Part shown: in pieces, positions 53,468 through 64,000 of the stretch
How the letters are laid out: each line of letters opens with the position of its first letter
Numbering within the stretch: position 1 is the first letter of the stretch
Assembly (NCBI GenBank): GCA_963663405.2
Contig: CAXXSM010000018.1
Span: 1 to 64,000 of the forward strand
From: a bacterium
Lineage (GTDB): Bacteria > Hinthialibacterota > Hinthialibacteria > Hinthialibacterales > Hinthialibacteraceae
DNA length: 64,000 bases
Reading direction: 5' to 3'
Made by a program: the position numbers and the translations under genes
Notes under the pieces: model-generated
Databases searched by the model: none
The model's input: only the letters and a program-made list of their open reading frames with translations
Told to the model about the DNA's origin: nothing

Positions 53468-54124
53468 TCATCTGGTAAGTGAATATACATTCCAATGTAT
53501 GATCTCATTTTCTGGAAGAGCCAAAGTTATTAAGGCCCCAAAGCGATAAACGTCACCCAGACTGTTTAGGCCGTTTGACATTTCATAAAAAACCGTCACA
53601 TATCCCATTTCATTGTTGCCTAAAAATCCATTGACATTTTCCTGCCGGTCCGGTCCGACACTCTTCATGGACCATTTTTGATTATTATTAAGGAAAAAGC
53701 GCGAGCCGCCCACTTCGCCGCAACTGCCGTACGATCGTCCATAGCGATCCATATACCAGTAATAACCGAATTCACTCAAGATGGCTCCACTCGGTGTAGG
53801 CGCTTGTCCATCCGGGTTGAATGGATCTTTGTGTAAACTTGACATGTACGACGTAGGCGTTGTCAGTGGACGCAACGCCATACGCCCACTAAAGAGCATC
53901 GAATCCGTCACAGCGCCGCAATTACTCACCACAGGATATTTTCCATTATCTATGCAGTACGACTCTAATGCGACGCCGAACGCCTGAAAATCCGCTTGCA
54001 CGCGGGCGACCTTCGCCCGGATTTGCGCGTTCAAAAAGTTTGGGACGGCGATCGCCGCCAAAATACCGATAATGGCGACGACGATGAGAAGTTCAATCAA
54101 GGTAAATGCGTTTTTCCGTTTCAT
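53468..54124 (-). CDS. Prepilin-type N-terminal methylation domain protein
   Basis: AFTLIELLIVVAIIGILAAIAVPNF; SVGPD; Y..SNGLNSLGD. The 3' end may be frameshifted. Confidence 0.85.
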   Translation of the reverse strand: MKRKNAFTLIELLIVVAIIGILAAIAVPNFLNAQIRAKVARVQADFQAFGVALESYCIDNGKYPVVSNCGAVTDSMLFSGRMALRPLTTPTSYMSSLHKDPFNPDGQAPTPSGAILSEFGYYWYMDRYGRSYGSCGEVGGSRFFLNNNQKWSMKSVGPDRQENVNGFLGNNEMGYVTVFYEMSNGLNSLGDVYRFGALITLALPENEIIHWNVYSLTR

Positions 54125-54244
54125 AATTCGCCTCATTGCGTTGATCAAGTACGCGCGGGACATCTCACGTTCGAGAGACGCCCCGTCACGGATCATTGAA
54201 TTACGTTTTTATGAGAGATTCTTCTAAATCCTCTCTTAATTTAA

Positions 54245-56292
54245 CTAATAAAGAGACCAATTGCATACCGAAGTCGTATCAAACGTTCGAATGACAAAGT
54301 TGCTCACTTGCATGCGGCTTCGCCATGGGCGTAATCCAACTCTGAACGCTTCTCCGATTTCTTCCGTTTCGGAATGGATCACAACGTCATCCACCATGAA
54401 ATTGACATTCGTCCCTTCGCGCGCCATCTTGAAGGTAAAGGGAACGCCCTCTTCAACCAAGGTATAATCGAAGGACGGAGGATCATCAAAGAATACGCCT
54501 TCAACAAAGAAGAAACCATGACCGCCTTCAAAACCAAAGTTACTTTGCGAATCATCGGGAATGCGGCGCAGGTTAATGGAAACCGCCGTCCCACCAAGAC
54601 CGTACAAGGTCAAGTCCGCTAAAATTTTATAATCAACGTCCGCAACCGCGATTTTGCTTAACAGGAAGTTCCCCGTTCCCGTACGCTCCAGCGCGCCACC
54701 TAAAACCGACCATTCCTCACCGATGATTTCGCCGTACTCGGTCATAACGCCGTCTTGAACGATATACACTTCCTCGTTTTCTCCAACCGCTAAATAGAGG
54801 GATGTAAATCCTATGATCGAACCATCGATGCCGGACGTGTCAACCGTCCCTTCAAAATCAGCGCTGGATTCTGCGCTATCGGATGGGGCGGTTAAATCAT
54901 ACGTCAGTTCAACTGTATTCTGCGCATCGGCGAGCTGCCATAGAATTTGACCGTTTACAAGTTCGAAGGTTCCATTATTGGATTGGATATTCGAAATCGT
55001 CCATCCTTCCGGGGGAGTTTCGATAATGGCCGCATTGCTGACTTTGCCTTCGAGAATGCTGGAAGAAAGCGTAATCCCCGTGATGGTTTGACCGGCGTAA
55101 AAGACCGCCGCTTGCCCTTCGGGCAAAGAACGGATCACTTCGGGCGGCACGTCTAATTCTTCTTGCAATGGTTCGACCGAAAAATCGAAGATGCGCATGG
55201 TGCTGCGCCAAGGCCGGAAGCCGGCGAAACCAATGAAATCGGATGGTTGATCCATCGCCATGACTTCATTTCCATCAATCAAGAAGCGAATGATATTATC
55301 CTGGCTGATCATTTCGAAATTAAACGCGACGCCTTCTTCGATTGGAGGCGCCATATCCAATGTTGGAGCGCCGTCAAAAAACGAGCCTTCTAAAAACATC
55401 GTTTCACTCCCCCCCGGAAAAGCCAAAATTGTTATCGCCGTTGATGGAGAACGAAGCGGCGCTTCCCGCCAATAATTCCATTTGCAAATGGGCGGATACT
55501 TTGAAATTAGAACCGAAAATGGGACGGTCGCCGAAGATCAAATTCCCGGTGTCAAAGTTTTCCCAACCACCGTCTGATTCATACCATTCATCCCCGACTT
55601 CAACCGTATTCAATGGCTCTCCATTTGCAATAAAATCGTTTTTTTCTTCAATGGGATCAAACGAAGCGGCGCCGGAGTGAATCACTAATGTTTTTAAAAA
55701 CATTTTACTGCGCCATGGACGTACGCCGACGCGATAATACCCGCTGCGAAAAACAGGATTCGATTCTTCCTCCGCCGCCGGGACGGAAAGCGCTTCTTCT
55801 CCATTCAACAAAAAACGGTATACATCGCCTTCCCGGATAAAATCCAACGTGATCAAGGTATCTTCTTGTACTGGAGTTTCGCCCATATCAACGAATTCCA
55901 AAAAGAAATTACCTTCCGCAAAGAGCTCGCCGTTGCCACCGATAAAACCAAAGTTGCTTCCGTTCGTTCCATCGTCCTGCAGCATATCGTTTATGGAAAA
56001 CGTAGCTGCGGCGCCTCTCCCTTCATCGTTGAACATTTCCTGTAATTTCAATTCAGCCGTGACATGAAAATCGCCCGGCCCAATCACAGGATAAGCCCAC
56101 AAATACTGATCCCTGCCCTGCTGTGAAATGAATCCATCCACTACTTCCCAAGCTCCACCCACGATATACGCCAGATCCTCATTGAGAACGCCGTCTTCAA
56201 CGATATAAAGATCTTCGTCTTGCGCAAAGGATCCTGCGGCTGCGATGGATACGAAAAAAAACCATGAGTAAATACATGCGTAATCGTTTCAT
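54245..56292 (-). CDS. Secreted protein with three repeated lectin-like beta-sandwich domains, frameshifted
   Basis: The NFGF.GG..F.EG.FF and RPWRS.M motifs each occur three times across ORFs 55404-56162 and 54245-55426; ATG at 56292 with RBS. Confidence 0.65.
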
Positions 56293-56780
56293 TGTCTATA
56301 TCCTCCCATATCGATAAGTTAAATAATGAAAACTCCCCAAGGATGCGATCGGCTTCAAGACATGAGATTTCGTTTTTTACCTCCTAGAATCCAAGAATTC
56401 CTTTCAGTGTAAATTATGAATCGGCGGTACAAGCGAAATCACACCCCAAAGCCTCTTGAAACGTATTGTTTGAATAGTATAAGAAGATTACGAATTTGTC
56501 TTTACCAAAAATGATCTTTCTTTTACCATTATCGATGATAAAAGAAAAAGATAAGATTAAAAAATAATTATAAATTACCTTAATATAATCGAAATTATTC
56601 AAATCGAAAATATCCATTTTCGATGATAAATGAATTGAATATGATTATATTATCAAATAAAAAATTATCAAAATTTCACTTTTCCCCTATAATTCCTCCT
56701 AAACCGGATCGATATGATAATAAAACAAAGAACTACTTGCCAGATGCAGTCTGAATTGGTTATTCTCTGTGAAAAATGCG

Positions 56781-57594
56781 TTACCCTCGAATGATATTCT
56801 TATTGCGGTATTCTTTGGGAGAGACGCCTTCGTGTGATTTGAACGCTCGATAGAAATGCGAAAGGTTTTTTATATCCCAAGCGCTCACTGATATCTTTAA
56901 TGGGAATCACGGTTTCTCGCAGAAAACGTTTGGCTTCCAGCATGCGCAGGCTGAATAGAAACTGTCCGGGTGAAGCGCCTACATAGTTGCGGAACAAAGC
57001 GCGAAAATGGCTGTTGGATAAACCGACTTCAGAAGCCATGTCATCAACGCTCATGCTATGCGCTTGCCAACTGCTGCGAAGCCGGTCGACGAGATTTGCA
57101 ATGATTTCTTCGTGACGGCTCCTTTTGCGTTTTTGGAATTTTTTTGATTTTAATTCACCTAAAATCAACACCGTCGCCGCCACGCGCAAATCGTATAAGA
57201 AAGGATCGTCCTCATATGAAGCCCATTGGATCGTCAAATCGATATTGCGAAAGAGATTATCAGAATATTCATCTTGATAAATTTCGTATTCGTGACTTTT
57301 TCCAATCAAACTTTGAATCACATAAGGCCGGTATTTCGCGTCTTTATTAAAGTCGAAATGCTGCACCGATGTTTTCGCGATAGGAGTGATGGAATACCCA
57401 TGAAAACGGGTCAGTGGATAGATCAATACGCCTTGGCCAGCGGACAGCCGTATGGAGTCTCTCTCCAACAATTGAAGAAAGATTTCTCCTTCACGCACGA
57501 AGAGCAAATCAAAATGAGGCCAGGTTACCGGACCGATTTTATTATTGTCATCATGCTCACCGTAGCTATGTAAATAGAAATTAATGATTTTCAT
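56781..57594 (-). CDS. AraC-family transcriptional regulator (3' frameshift)
   Basis: MASEVGLSNSHFRALF and IKDISERLGY; NLSHFYRAFK..GVSPKEYR follows in a shifted frame. Confidence 0.85.
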
Positions 57595-57623
57595 TAAAGC
57601 CACCGCATTGAGGTGAATGATCG

Positions 57624-58553
57624 ATGAAACCACTCGCTTGGAATGAACTAAAAGGCAATTGGGCGCCTGTCTTAATTCCCTACCAGGATAACGAACAAAT
57701 CGATTATACCCGGTTACGCGAGGAAATTGCAGTTTTGATTGAATTCGGCGTGAATGGCATTTATACCAATGGCACCAGCAGCGAGTTTTACAACCAGACC
57801 GAAGAGGAATTTGACCGGATCAGCCAAATCACGGCTGAATACTGCAACAACGCCAATGAACCATTTCAAATTGGAATCAGTCACTCGAATCCTTGGATCA
57901 CCTTACAACGAATGCGCCGCATAAAGCCGTTACAACCCAGCGCTGTTCAAATTATCTTGCCCGATTGGTTTGCGCTCAATGATGATGAAATTCTTGATTA
58001 TTTCCGCCGTATAGCGGAAGCCGCCGATCCAATCGGCATCGTGCTTTATAATCCTTCGTTCGCGAAACGCGTTCTCCAACCATGCGAATGGAAGCGTATC
58101 CGTGACGTGATTCCCAATTTCATCGGTGTCAAAGTTTCCATAGGCGATGCGACGTGGCACGAACAAGTACGCAGTTGCGCGAATGAAATCGCTGTTTTCA
58201 CCCCTGGTCATTTTCTCGCCACATCGATTCAAAACGGCGCCCAGGGCGCTTATTCCAACGCCGCCTGTCTGCATCCCGGCGCAGCGCAAAAATGGTATGA
58301 ACAAATGCTTACCGATATGCCCGCCGCGCTCGAACTGGAAGCGCGAATTCAGTCTTTTATGAAGAAATATATCGCGCCCTACATCACGCAACAACGCTAC
58401 TCCCATCAAGCCGCCGACCGTTTACTCGCAATGATCGGCGGTTGGTGCGATATTGGCCCCCGTTTGCGCTGGCCCTATCAATGGATCTCCACAAAAGAAG
58501 CCGAACGTCTACAACCAGCCGCGAAAGAGATACTCCCCGAATTCTTTGCATAG
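57624..58553 (+). CDS. Dihydrodipicolinate synthase-family lyase
   Basis: GIYTNGTSSEF, IVLYNP, FIGVK; divergent from AraC. Confidence 0.85.
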   Translation: MKPLAWNELKGNWAPVLIPYQDNEQIDYTRLREEIAVLIEFGVNGIYTNGTSSEFYNQTEEEFDRISQITAEYCNNANEPFQIGISHSNPWITLQRMRRIKPLQPSAVQIILPDWFALNDDEILDYFRRIAEAADPIGIVLYNPSFAKRVLQPCEWKRIRDVIPNFIGVKVSIGDATWHEQVRSCANEIAVFTPGHFLATSIQNGAQGAYSNAACLHPGAAQKWYEQMLTDMPAALELEARIQSFMKKYIAPYITQQRYSHQAADRLLAMIGGWCDIGPRLRWPYQWISTKEAERLQPAAKEILPEFFA

Positions 58554-58679
58554 CATACATGTTAATAATGACAGAACGTTGACCACTCTTTCATGACCAC
58601 ATTCCTTTTTGTGATGCGCGAGCATTACGCGATGAAGAACTGTGAATTAGAAAAAGATGGGAAAAGTAGTCATTTTTTC

Positions 58680-58709
58680 TTGACACTTCATTAAAAAAGT
58701 GGTTATAAT
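58680..58709 (+). promoter_or_regulatory. Sigma70 promoter
   Basis: TTGACA-N18-TATAAT upstream of the ATPase gene. Confidence 0.65.
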
Positions 58710-58743
58710 TATTACCAGTTATAACTAAAAGTAGTAATAATTC

Positions 58744-60066
58744 TTGCTGGAAAGAAAGATGATTGAAATCTTAAAAACAATAATCCTTGATTTTCAGGAG
58801 ATAAAACTGGAAACGGGTGTTCCCAGGCGTTTGCAAATTAAGCCCATTCAAAATAAGGCTACAGTATGTATTGGAGCGCGCAGGAGTGGAAAATCAACGT
58901 TTTTGTTTCAAATAATACGGCGGCTATTGGATGAAGGAGTTCCACCTGAAAATATTCTCTATCTGAATTTCTTTGATGACCGGCTTCATAGCCTGGAAAA
59001 AGATAATCTCCGTTTCGTGATCGAAGCGTATTTTTCCATCTATCCAGAAAAGAAAAATACGGAGAAAATTTATTGTTTTTTTGATGAAATCCAAGTTGTA
59101 AAAGGATGGGAACCATTCGTTGACCGGTTGATGCGAACCGAAAATTGTGAGGTCTACCTTACTGGCTCATCGGCTCACATGCTTTCAAAGGAAATTGCAA
59201 CGCAGATGCGTGGACGAGCGTTATCATGGGAACTGTTTCCCTTCTCTTTTCAAGAATTTCTCGCATATAAAGGAATAGATAGTAACCTTCCATTTTCTAC
59301 AAAAAAACGGCTTTTCATTCAGAAAGCATTTGAAGAATATTGGGAGACAGGAGGATTTCCTGAAGTGGCTGGCCTTGACCGGTATCTCCGCATTAAAATA
59401 CACCAGGAATATTTAACGGCAATTTTATTCAGAGATCTAATTGAGCGTTATGATATTTCACATCCAAGGGCGGTGACCGATCTGGCTCATCGATTGATCG
59501 ATAACATTGCATCCTTATATTCGATCAATAGTCTATCTGGATTTTTAAAATCGTTGGGGCACAAAGCGCCCAAATCAGCTGTATCCGATTATTTAGAATG
59601 GTTTGAAGACGCCTATTTTCTCTTTACTGTCCGCTTATACGACTCGTCAATAACACGCAGTAAAGTAAATCCCAAAAAGATCTATTGTGTCGATCACGCT
59701 TTGGTCAATTCGGTTTCCTCAGGAATTCTTCTTAATTATGGACACCTGCTGGAAAATCTAATTTTCACAGCATTGCGCCGAATGACTCCAGATATTTATT
59801 ACTATAAGACAAAAAGCAATCTTGAGATTGACTTTATTCTATTACAACAGAATCGCATTCACTTTTTGGCCCAGGTTTGCGAAACGATTTGCGATCCGAA
59901 AACGCGAAAAAGAGAAGTAAACGCTTTGAGCGAAGCGATGAGTGAATTAAACCTGAATTCTGGGATGATAATAACAAGGAATGAAGAAGAGAATATTGAG
60001 ATTGAAAATGGCACGATAAAAGTACTTCCCGCATGGAACTTTCTGCTTAATCTGAAAAACATCTAA
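58744..60066 (+). CDS. AAA_14 ATPase with DUF4143-type C-terminal domain
   Basis: GARRSGKS, FFDEIQ, TGSS, GGFPE, PKKIYCVD, LLEN, EIDF. Confidence 0.88.
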   Translation: MLERKMIEILKTIILDFQEIKLETGVPRRLQIKPIQNKATVCIGARRSGKSTFLFQIIRRLLDEGVPPENILYLNFFDDRLHSLEKDNLRFVIEAYFSIYPEKKNTEKIYCFFDEIQVVKGWEPFVDRLMRTENCEVYLTGSSAHMLSKEIATQMRGRALSWELFPFSFQEFLAYKGIDSNLPFSTKKRLFIQKAFEEYWETGGFPEVAGLDRYLRIKIHQEYLTAILFRDLIERYDISHPRAVTDLAHRLIDNIASLYSINSLSGFLKSLGHKAPKSAVSDYLEWFEDAYFLFTVRLYDSSITRSKVNPKKIYCVDHALVNSVSSGILLNYGHLLENLIFTALRRMTPDIYYYKTKSNLEIDFILLQQNRIHFLAQVCETICDPKTRKREVNALSEAMSELNLNSGMIITRNEEENIEIENGTIKVLPAWNFLLNLKNI

Positions 60067-60214
60067 TCAATGCTCTTCAAGTAAAATCTAAAACTATATC
60101 TAGATGAAATTGGAGGAATTTCAAAATCAAATAGAAGTGTTGGGACTTGTTTCCTGAGATGCTAAGATGAAGCGTTCGTGTAAATGAATCTCATCTGTAC
60201 GAGGGAATTGCTCA

Positions 60215-63200
60215 ATGCGTGTCATTGGAACCCATAGACGCTCGAAACTATTGAAGACATTTGTTATTGCTTTTTGCATGATCCAATTAAATGTTTCTGC
60301 GCTGCCCGCTGCGCCGCCGCGGATTGGATTCCTTGCTGTGGAATCATCGATTGATCAAATGGGATTCCACAACCAAGCCGCTTGGCGAACGGCGACAAAG
60401 TTGGGTCAAGCGACGCTTCTCTTGCGGCAGGAGGATGGAACTTTCGCCGATCCAGCAGGCCAGATCCGGGATTTGAACGATTTCGACGTCCTTTGGTACC
60501 ATCAGGGTGACGCCATTGCGCGAAACGCCATGTATCATGGGCCCAGCCTGGCTGCAATTCAACGGTTTACCGCGCAGGGGCGTGGTGTCCTCCTATCCGG
60601 CGGCGCGTTGGCGATGGCCGCGCCGCTTGGTCTCGAAAGAGCGATACGTCCACAGCGTCATGAACTGGACAACTGGCGGGACCCGGCCGGTATGGCGCCG
60701 GTCGAGAAGAACCACCCCGCTTTTCATGGCCTATTAAATAATCAAGACATCGTCTGGCTGAGCCAAGGAGGTTGTCCGGCTGTCGCTGATTTCTATTGGG
60801 GCGGTCCCGTTGAAGGCATGATCCTGGCCAAAACACCTTCGGGGCCGGAAAATCCTCTCGTCGAATACAGATTGGGCAAGGGGCGAGTGATCGTCTTTGG
60901 ATGGCGCTGGCCCGATTACGGCGACTCCAAGAATTCGCATCGTGATAACCTGATTCGGCTAACGTCGAATCTCTTGAACTATCTGGCGGATGCCCAGACT
61001 TGGCGCCCTTTCGTCATTCGCTCGGAGTATCCCCCCGCCGCCTCTCCGGATGAACCGGGTGTTTCGCAACAACGATGGCGGGCCTTGCGCATGGCCATTG
61101 ATGACCTTATGGCGGATTTTCCTGAACGTTATCAAAATGGAGATGTTTACCTCAAGCGCCTGCAAGCGCTCCAAAGGCAACATGACCGCCTCTCACCAGA
61201 TTCTGATCCGGCTGCTTACGCAGCCATCGAAGAGCAATTTGAAGCATTGAAGAATGAAGCTCTGCTAGCCAATCCACTGCTTGACTTCGACCGGTTGTTG
61301 ATGATCCGGCGCCGCGCCGATCGATTGGGATTACCGCTAAATTTCAATAGCAATCCGGATTTAGCGCCAACCGGCTACGATAACACGCTGGTTGTTCTCT
61401 CTCCCGTTCAACCGGGTGGAGAATTGGAGACCGTCTTCACACCGGAAGGGGATCGATTTATCGGTGATATCGATCTGCACTATGATGCGGATCGATTACT
61501 GCTGTCGATTCCTGATCCAAACGGGCGATGGACCGTCGCCGAATTCAACTTGAACAATGGAAAATTAACATGGCTTCCCTTGATCGATGAACCGGACGTG
61601 CACAATTACGACGCGTGCTACCTGCCCGATGAGCGCATCATCTTCACCTCGACGGCGCCCTTTATCGGTGTTCCCTGCGTAGGCGGCCGTTCGAAGGTGG
61701 CGAATCTCTACATACGCGAATGCGATGGGCGCGTCCGCCGCCTGACTAACGATCAGGATCACAACTGGTGCCCTACGGTTCTCAATAATGGACGGATTCT
61801 CTATCAGCGCTGGGAATACGCCGACATCGCGCACGCTTTCATGCGGCTGCTCTTTCACGCGAATCCTGACGGCAGCCGCCAGATGGAGTATTACGGCAGT
61901 AACTCGTTTTGGCCGACCGCAATGTTCTACGCCCGGCCGGTTCCGGATCATCCAACGAAAATCATCGCTGTCGTGGGAGGTCATCACGATCTGCCCCGCC
62001 AGGGTCAACTCGTTTTATTCGACCCAGCGCGGGGGCGTCATGAAGCTGACGGAGTCGTACAACGCATTCCTGGTTATGGCAAGAAGGTTAAACCAGTTAT
62101 CCTGGACGGACTTGCCGGAGGGAGTTGGCCCCTGTTTCTGCATCCATTCCCGCTCAGCGAGAACTACTTCCTCGTCTCGTGTCAACCAACAAAAACATCG
62201 CTATGGGGCGTATACTTGGTCGATATATTTGATAACTTTGTGTTGCTTTACGAAGAACCCGGCTGGGCGATGCTCGAACCGATTCCGTTACGGAAAACGC
62301 TAAGGCAACCCGTGATATCCGATATCATCCAACCGGACCAGAAGGAAGGAGCGGCGCAGCTGATCAACGTTTATTCCGGCCCGGGATTGCGCGGGGTACC
62401 GCGTGGTACTGTGAAGTCGCTGCGGCTAATCAGCTACGAATTCACCTTCCATGGCTTCGGTGGCGAGCCGGATCGTGTCGGCTTCGATGGACCTTGGGAT
62501 GTCAGGCGTATCCTCGGGACGGTTCCGGTGGAGCCCGATGGATCGGCTTTCTTCCGTGTCCCCGCCTATACGCCTGTGGCCGTCCAGCCTCTCGACAGCG
62601 AGGGCAAGGCGCTGGCTCTAATGCGAAGTTGGTTTACCGCCATGCCCGGTGAGGTTGTCTCGTGCGTTGGCTGTCACGAACCACAGTATTCCATACCGCC
62701 AGCCCAATCGCGGCCAGCCGCTGTATTTCGGGAACCCTCACCGATCAAGCCTTGGTACGGCCCACCACGCGGCTTCTCCTTCGTTCGTGAGGTTCAGCCC
62801 GTATTGGACGCCTATTGCGTCCAATGTCACCATGACCGTCCACTGGAGAACGGGCAAACAACGTTCGATCTGACTTCCCGGCCCACTGAACGTATTCCGT
62901 CGGCGTTCCAAATGCATTTCACGCCGTCATACATGGCGCTGCGCCGATACCTTCACACTCCCACACTTGAGAGCGACGCTCACATGTTAGCGCCCCGCAA
63001 TTTCCACGCCGACACGAGCAAACTGATACAAATTCTGCGCGATGATCATTACGGCGTACGGCTTAACGCCGAGGCCTGGGACCGGCTGATTACCTGGATC
63101 GACCTGAACGCCCCCGCCCACGGGACATGGAAAGAAGTCGTCAAGCACATCCCCGCCAAAGCCGCCCTTGTGGAACCAGGCGCCGCGCGCCGCCGTGAAC

Positions 63201-64000
63201 TGCATTACCGTTACACCGGGATCGATGAAGATCCTGAGGCGGTCTATCCCGCTGCGGTTCTTACAGCGCCCACTCAAACCAGAACCCTGTCTTCATTGAT
63301 CCCAAAAGTCATCGTCAGCGCAACCAATGCTAAACTAGAGCGGCAATGTCAAAAACACTCGTTGCCCCCTGAAATAATGAGTGTCACATTGATCGGTGAT
63401 GTGACTCTAGAACTGGTCCGAATTCCATCCGGTTCATTTGTGATGGGATCAGAACAAGGCTATCCAAATGAACGCCCCGCCCATCCGGTCACTATCTATA
63501 ACGCCTTCTGGATAGGCCGCTTCGAGATCACCAACCGGCAGTACGCCTGCTTCGATCCTGAACATGACAGTGGTCTGGAAACGGGTGAGGCGTATCAATT
63601 CGGGGATTATGAGCGTGGGCGCCCCCTGCGGCGTCCTGAACAACCGGTCGTGCGTGTCTCATGGAATGAGGCGATAGCGTTTTGTGATTGGCTATCGCAG
63701 AAGACAGACAAACGGTTCACACTGCCTACCGAAGCGCAGTGGGAATACGCCTGCCGCAGCGGTGGGAACGATCCCCTTTGGTACGGCTCACTCGACGATG
63801 ACTTCAGCCGCTGCGCGAACCTTTCCGACGCCACGCATTACACCGTCGACTACCCGCATGTTCCAACCGCCCTGCCGCCCTGGCGTCCCGCGGATACGCG
63901 TTTCGACGACGGCTGGCGCGTCTCCGCGCCTGTAGGCGCCTTTGAACCGAATCCATGGGGCTTATACGATCTGCACGGTAACGTCGCCGAGTGGACACTC
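60215..64000 (+). CDS. Large secreted protein with hydrazine-synthase-alpha-like propeller, CxxCH motifs and FGE/SUMF1 domain (3'-partial)
   Basis: Missing from the ORF track because it has no stop. The frame is consistent from ATG 60215 to the window end: YQRWEY, LGTVPVEPDGSA, SCVGCHE, YCVQCH, LPTEAQWEYACR, PNPWGLYDLHGNVAEW. Confidence 0.85.
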   Translation, partial: MRVIGTHRRSKLLKTFVIAFCMIQLNVSALPAAPPRIGFLAVESSIDQMGFHNQAAWRTATKLGQATLLLRQEDGTFADPAGQIRDLNDFDVLWYHQGDAIARNAMYHGPSLAAIQRFTAQGRGVLLSGGALAMAAPLGLERAIRPQRHELDNWRDPAGMAPVEKNHPAFHGLLNNQDIVWLSQGGCPAVADFYWGGPVEGMILAKTPSGPENPLVEYRLGKGRVIVFGWRWPDYGDSKNSHRDNLIRLTSNLLNYLADAQTWRPFVIRSEYPPAASPDEPGVSQQRWRALRMAIDDLMADFPERYQNGDVYLKRLQALQRQHDRLSPDSDPAAYAAIEEQFEALKNEALLANPLLDFDRLLMIRRRADRLGLPLNFNSNPDLAPTGYDNTLVVLSPVQPGGELETVFTPEGDRFIGDIDLHYDADRLLLSIPDPNGRWTVAEFNLNNGKLTWLPLIDEPDVHNYDACYLPDERIIFTSTAPFIGVPCVGGRSKVANLYIRECDGRVRRLTNDQDHNWCPTVLNNGRILYQRWEYADIAHAFMRLLFHANPDGSRQMEYYGSNSFWPTAMFYARPVPDHPTKIIAVVGGHHDLPRQGQLVLFDPARGRHEADGVVQRIPGYGKKVKPVILDGLAGGSWPLFLHPFPLSENYFLVSCQPTKTSLWGVYLVDIFDNFVLLYEEPGWAMLEPIPLRKTLRQPVISDIIQPDQKEGAAQLINVYSGPGLRGVPRGTVKSLRLISYEFTFHGFGGEPDRVGFDGPWDVRRILGTVPVEPDGSAFFRVPAYTPVAVQPLDSEGKALALMRSWFTAMPGEVVSCVGCHEPQYSIPPAQSRPAAVFREPSPIKPWYGPPRGFSFVREVQPVLDAYCVQCHHDRPLENGQTTFDLTSRPTERIPSAFQMHFTPSYMALRRYLHTPTLESDAHMLAPRNFHADTSKLIQILRDDHYGVRLNAEAWDRLITWIDLNAPAHGTWKEVVKHIPAKAALVEPGAARRRELHYRYTGIDEDPEAVYPAAVLTAPTQTRTLSSLIPKVIVSATNAKLERQCQKHSLPPEIMSVTLIGDVTLELVRIPSGSFVMGSEQGYPNERPAHPVTIYNAFWIGRFEITNRQYACFDPEHDSGLETGEAYQFGDYERGRPLRRPEQPVVRVSWNEAIAFCDWLSQKTDKRFTLPTEAQWEYACRSGGNDPLWYGSLDDDFSRCANLSDATHYTVDYPHVPTALPPWRPADTRFDDGWRVSAPVGAFEPNPWGLYDLHGNVAEWTL

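Noticed and set aside
1-57633. Many split genes (acetyltransferase, istB, IS4 transposase, SSS transporter, sialidase, AraC) read as programmed frameshifting or mass pseudogenisation
   Set aside because: The breaks are scattered single-base indels, mostly at short homopolymers and in unrelated genes. Sequencing error is the simpler explanation.
60264-63998. Short ORFs listed in the track, and anammox metabolism
   Set aside because: The short ORFs are shadows of one long plus-strand gene. An HZS-alpha-like domain alone, without hzsB/hzsC, does not indicate anammox.

Overview
Bacterial chromosomal window. Many single-base indels at homopolymers suggest an unpolished long-read assembly. After an acetyltransferase fragment, a candidate sigma54-driven sRNA and pal, a tRNA-Thr(CGT) marks the left end of a ~35 kb island bounded by a 47-bp direct repeat (2216-2262 and 37397-37443). 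The island carries: (i) a defence-like block with a membrane protein, a TPR-TIR protein and a tightly coupled five-gene operon (XRE repressor, Cas4-like Fe-S PD-(D/E)XK nuclease, long prokaryotic Argonaute with an apparently intact DEDD tetrad hidden by two frameshifts, small helical protein, HExxH metallopeptidase); (ii) a stack of nested IS elements that broke an IS110 into three pieces; (iii) a decayed type III CRISPR-Cas remnant; (iv) a sigma54/tandem c-di-GMP-II-riboswitch-associated locus with fimbrial-like subunits, a chaperone-like protein, a secretin and a VWA adhesin, but no usher or ATPase. The remainder holds a Tat oxidoreductase, a ~3000-codon surface protein, a sialic-acid-type catabolic operon, AraC, a DHDPS-family lyase, an AAA ATPase and a partial HZS-like/FGE-domain gene. 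The best novel-system candidates are the pAgo operon and the secretin/chaperone/fimbrial-like locus.
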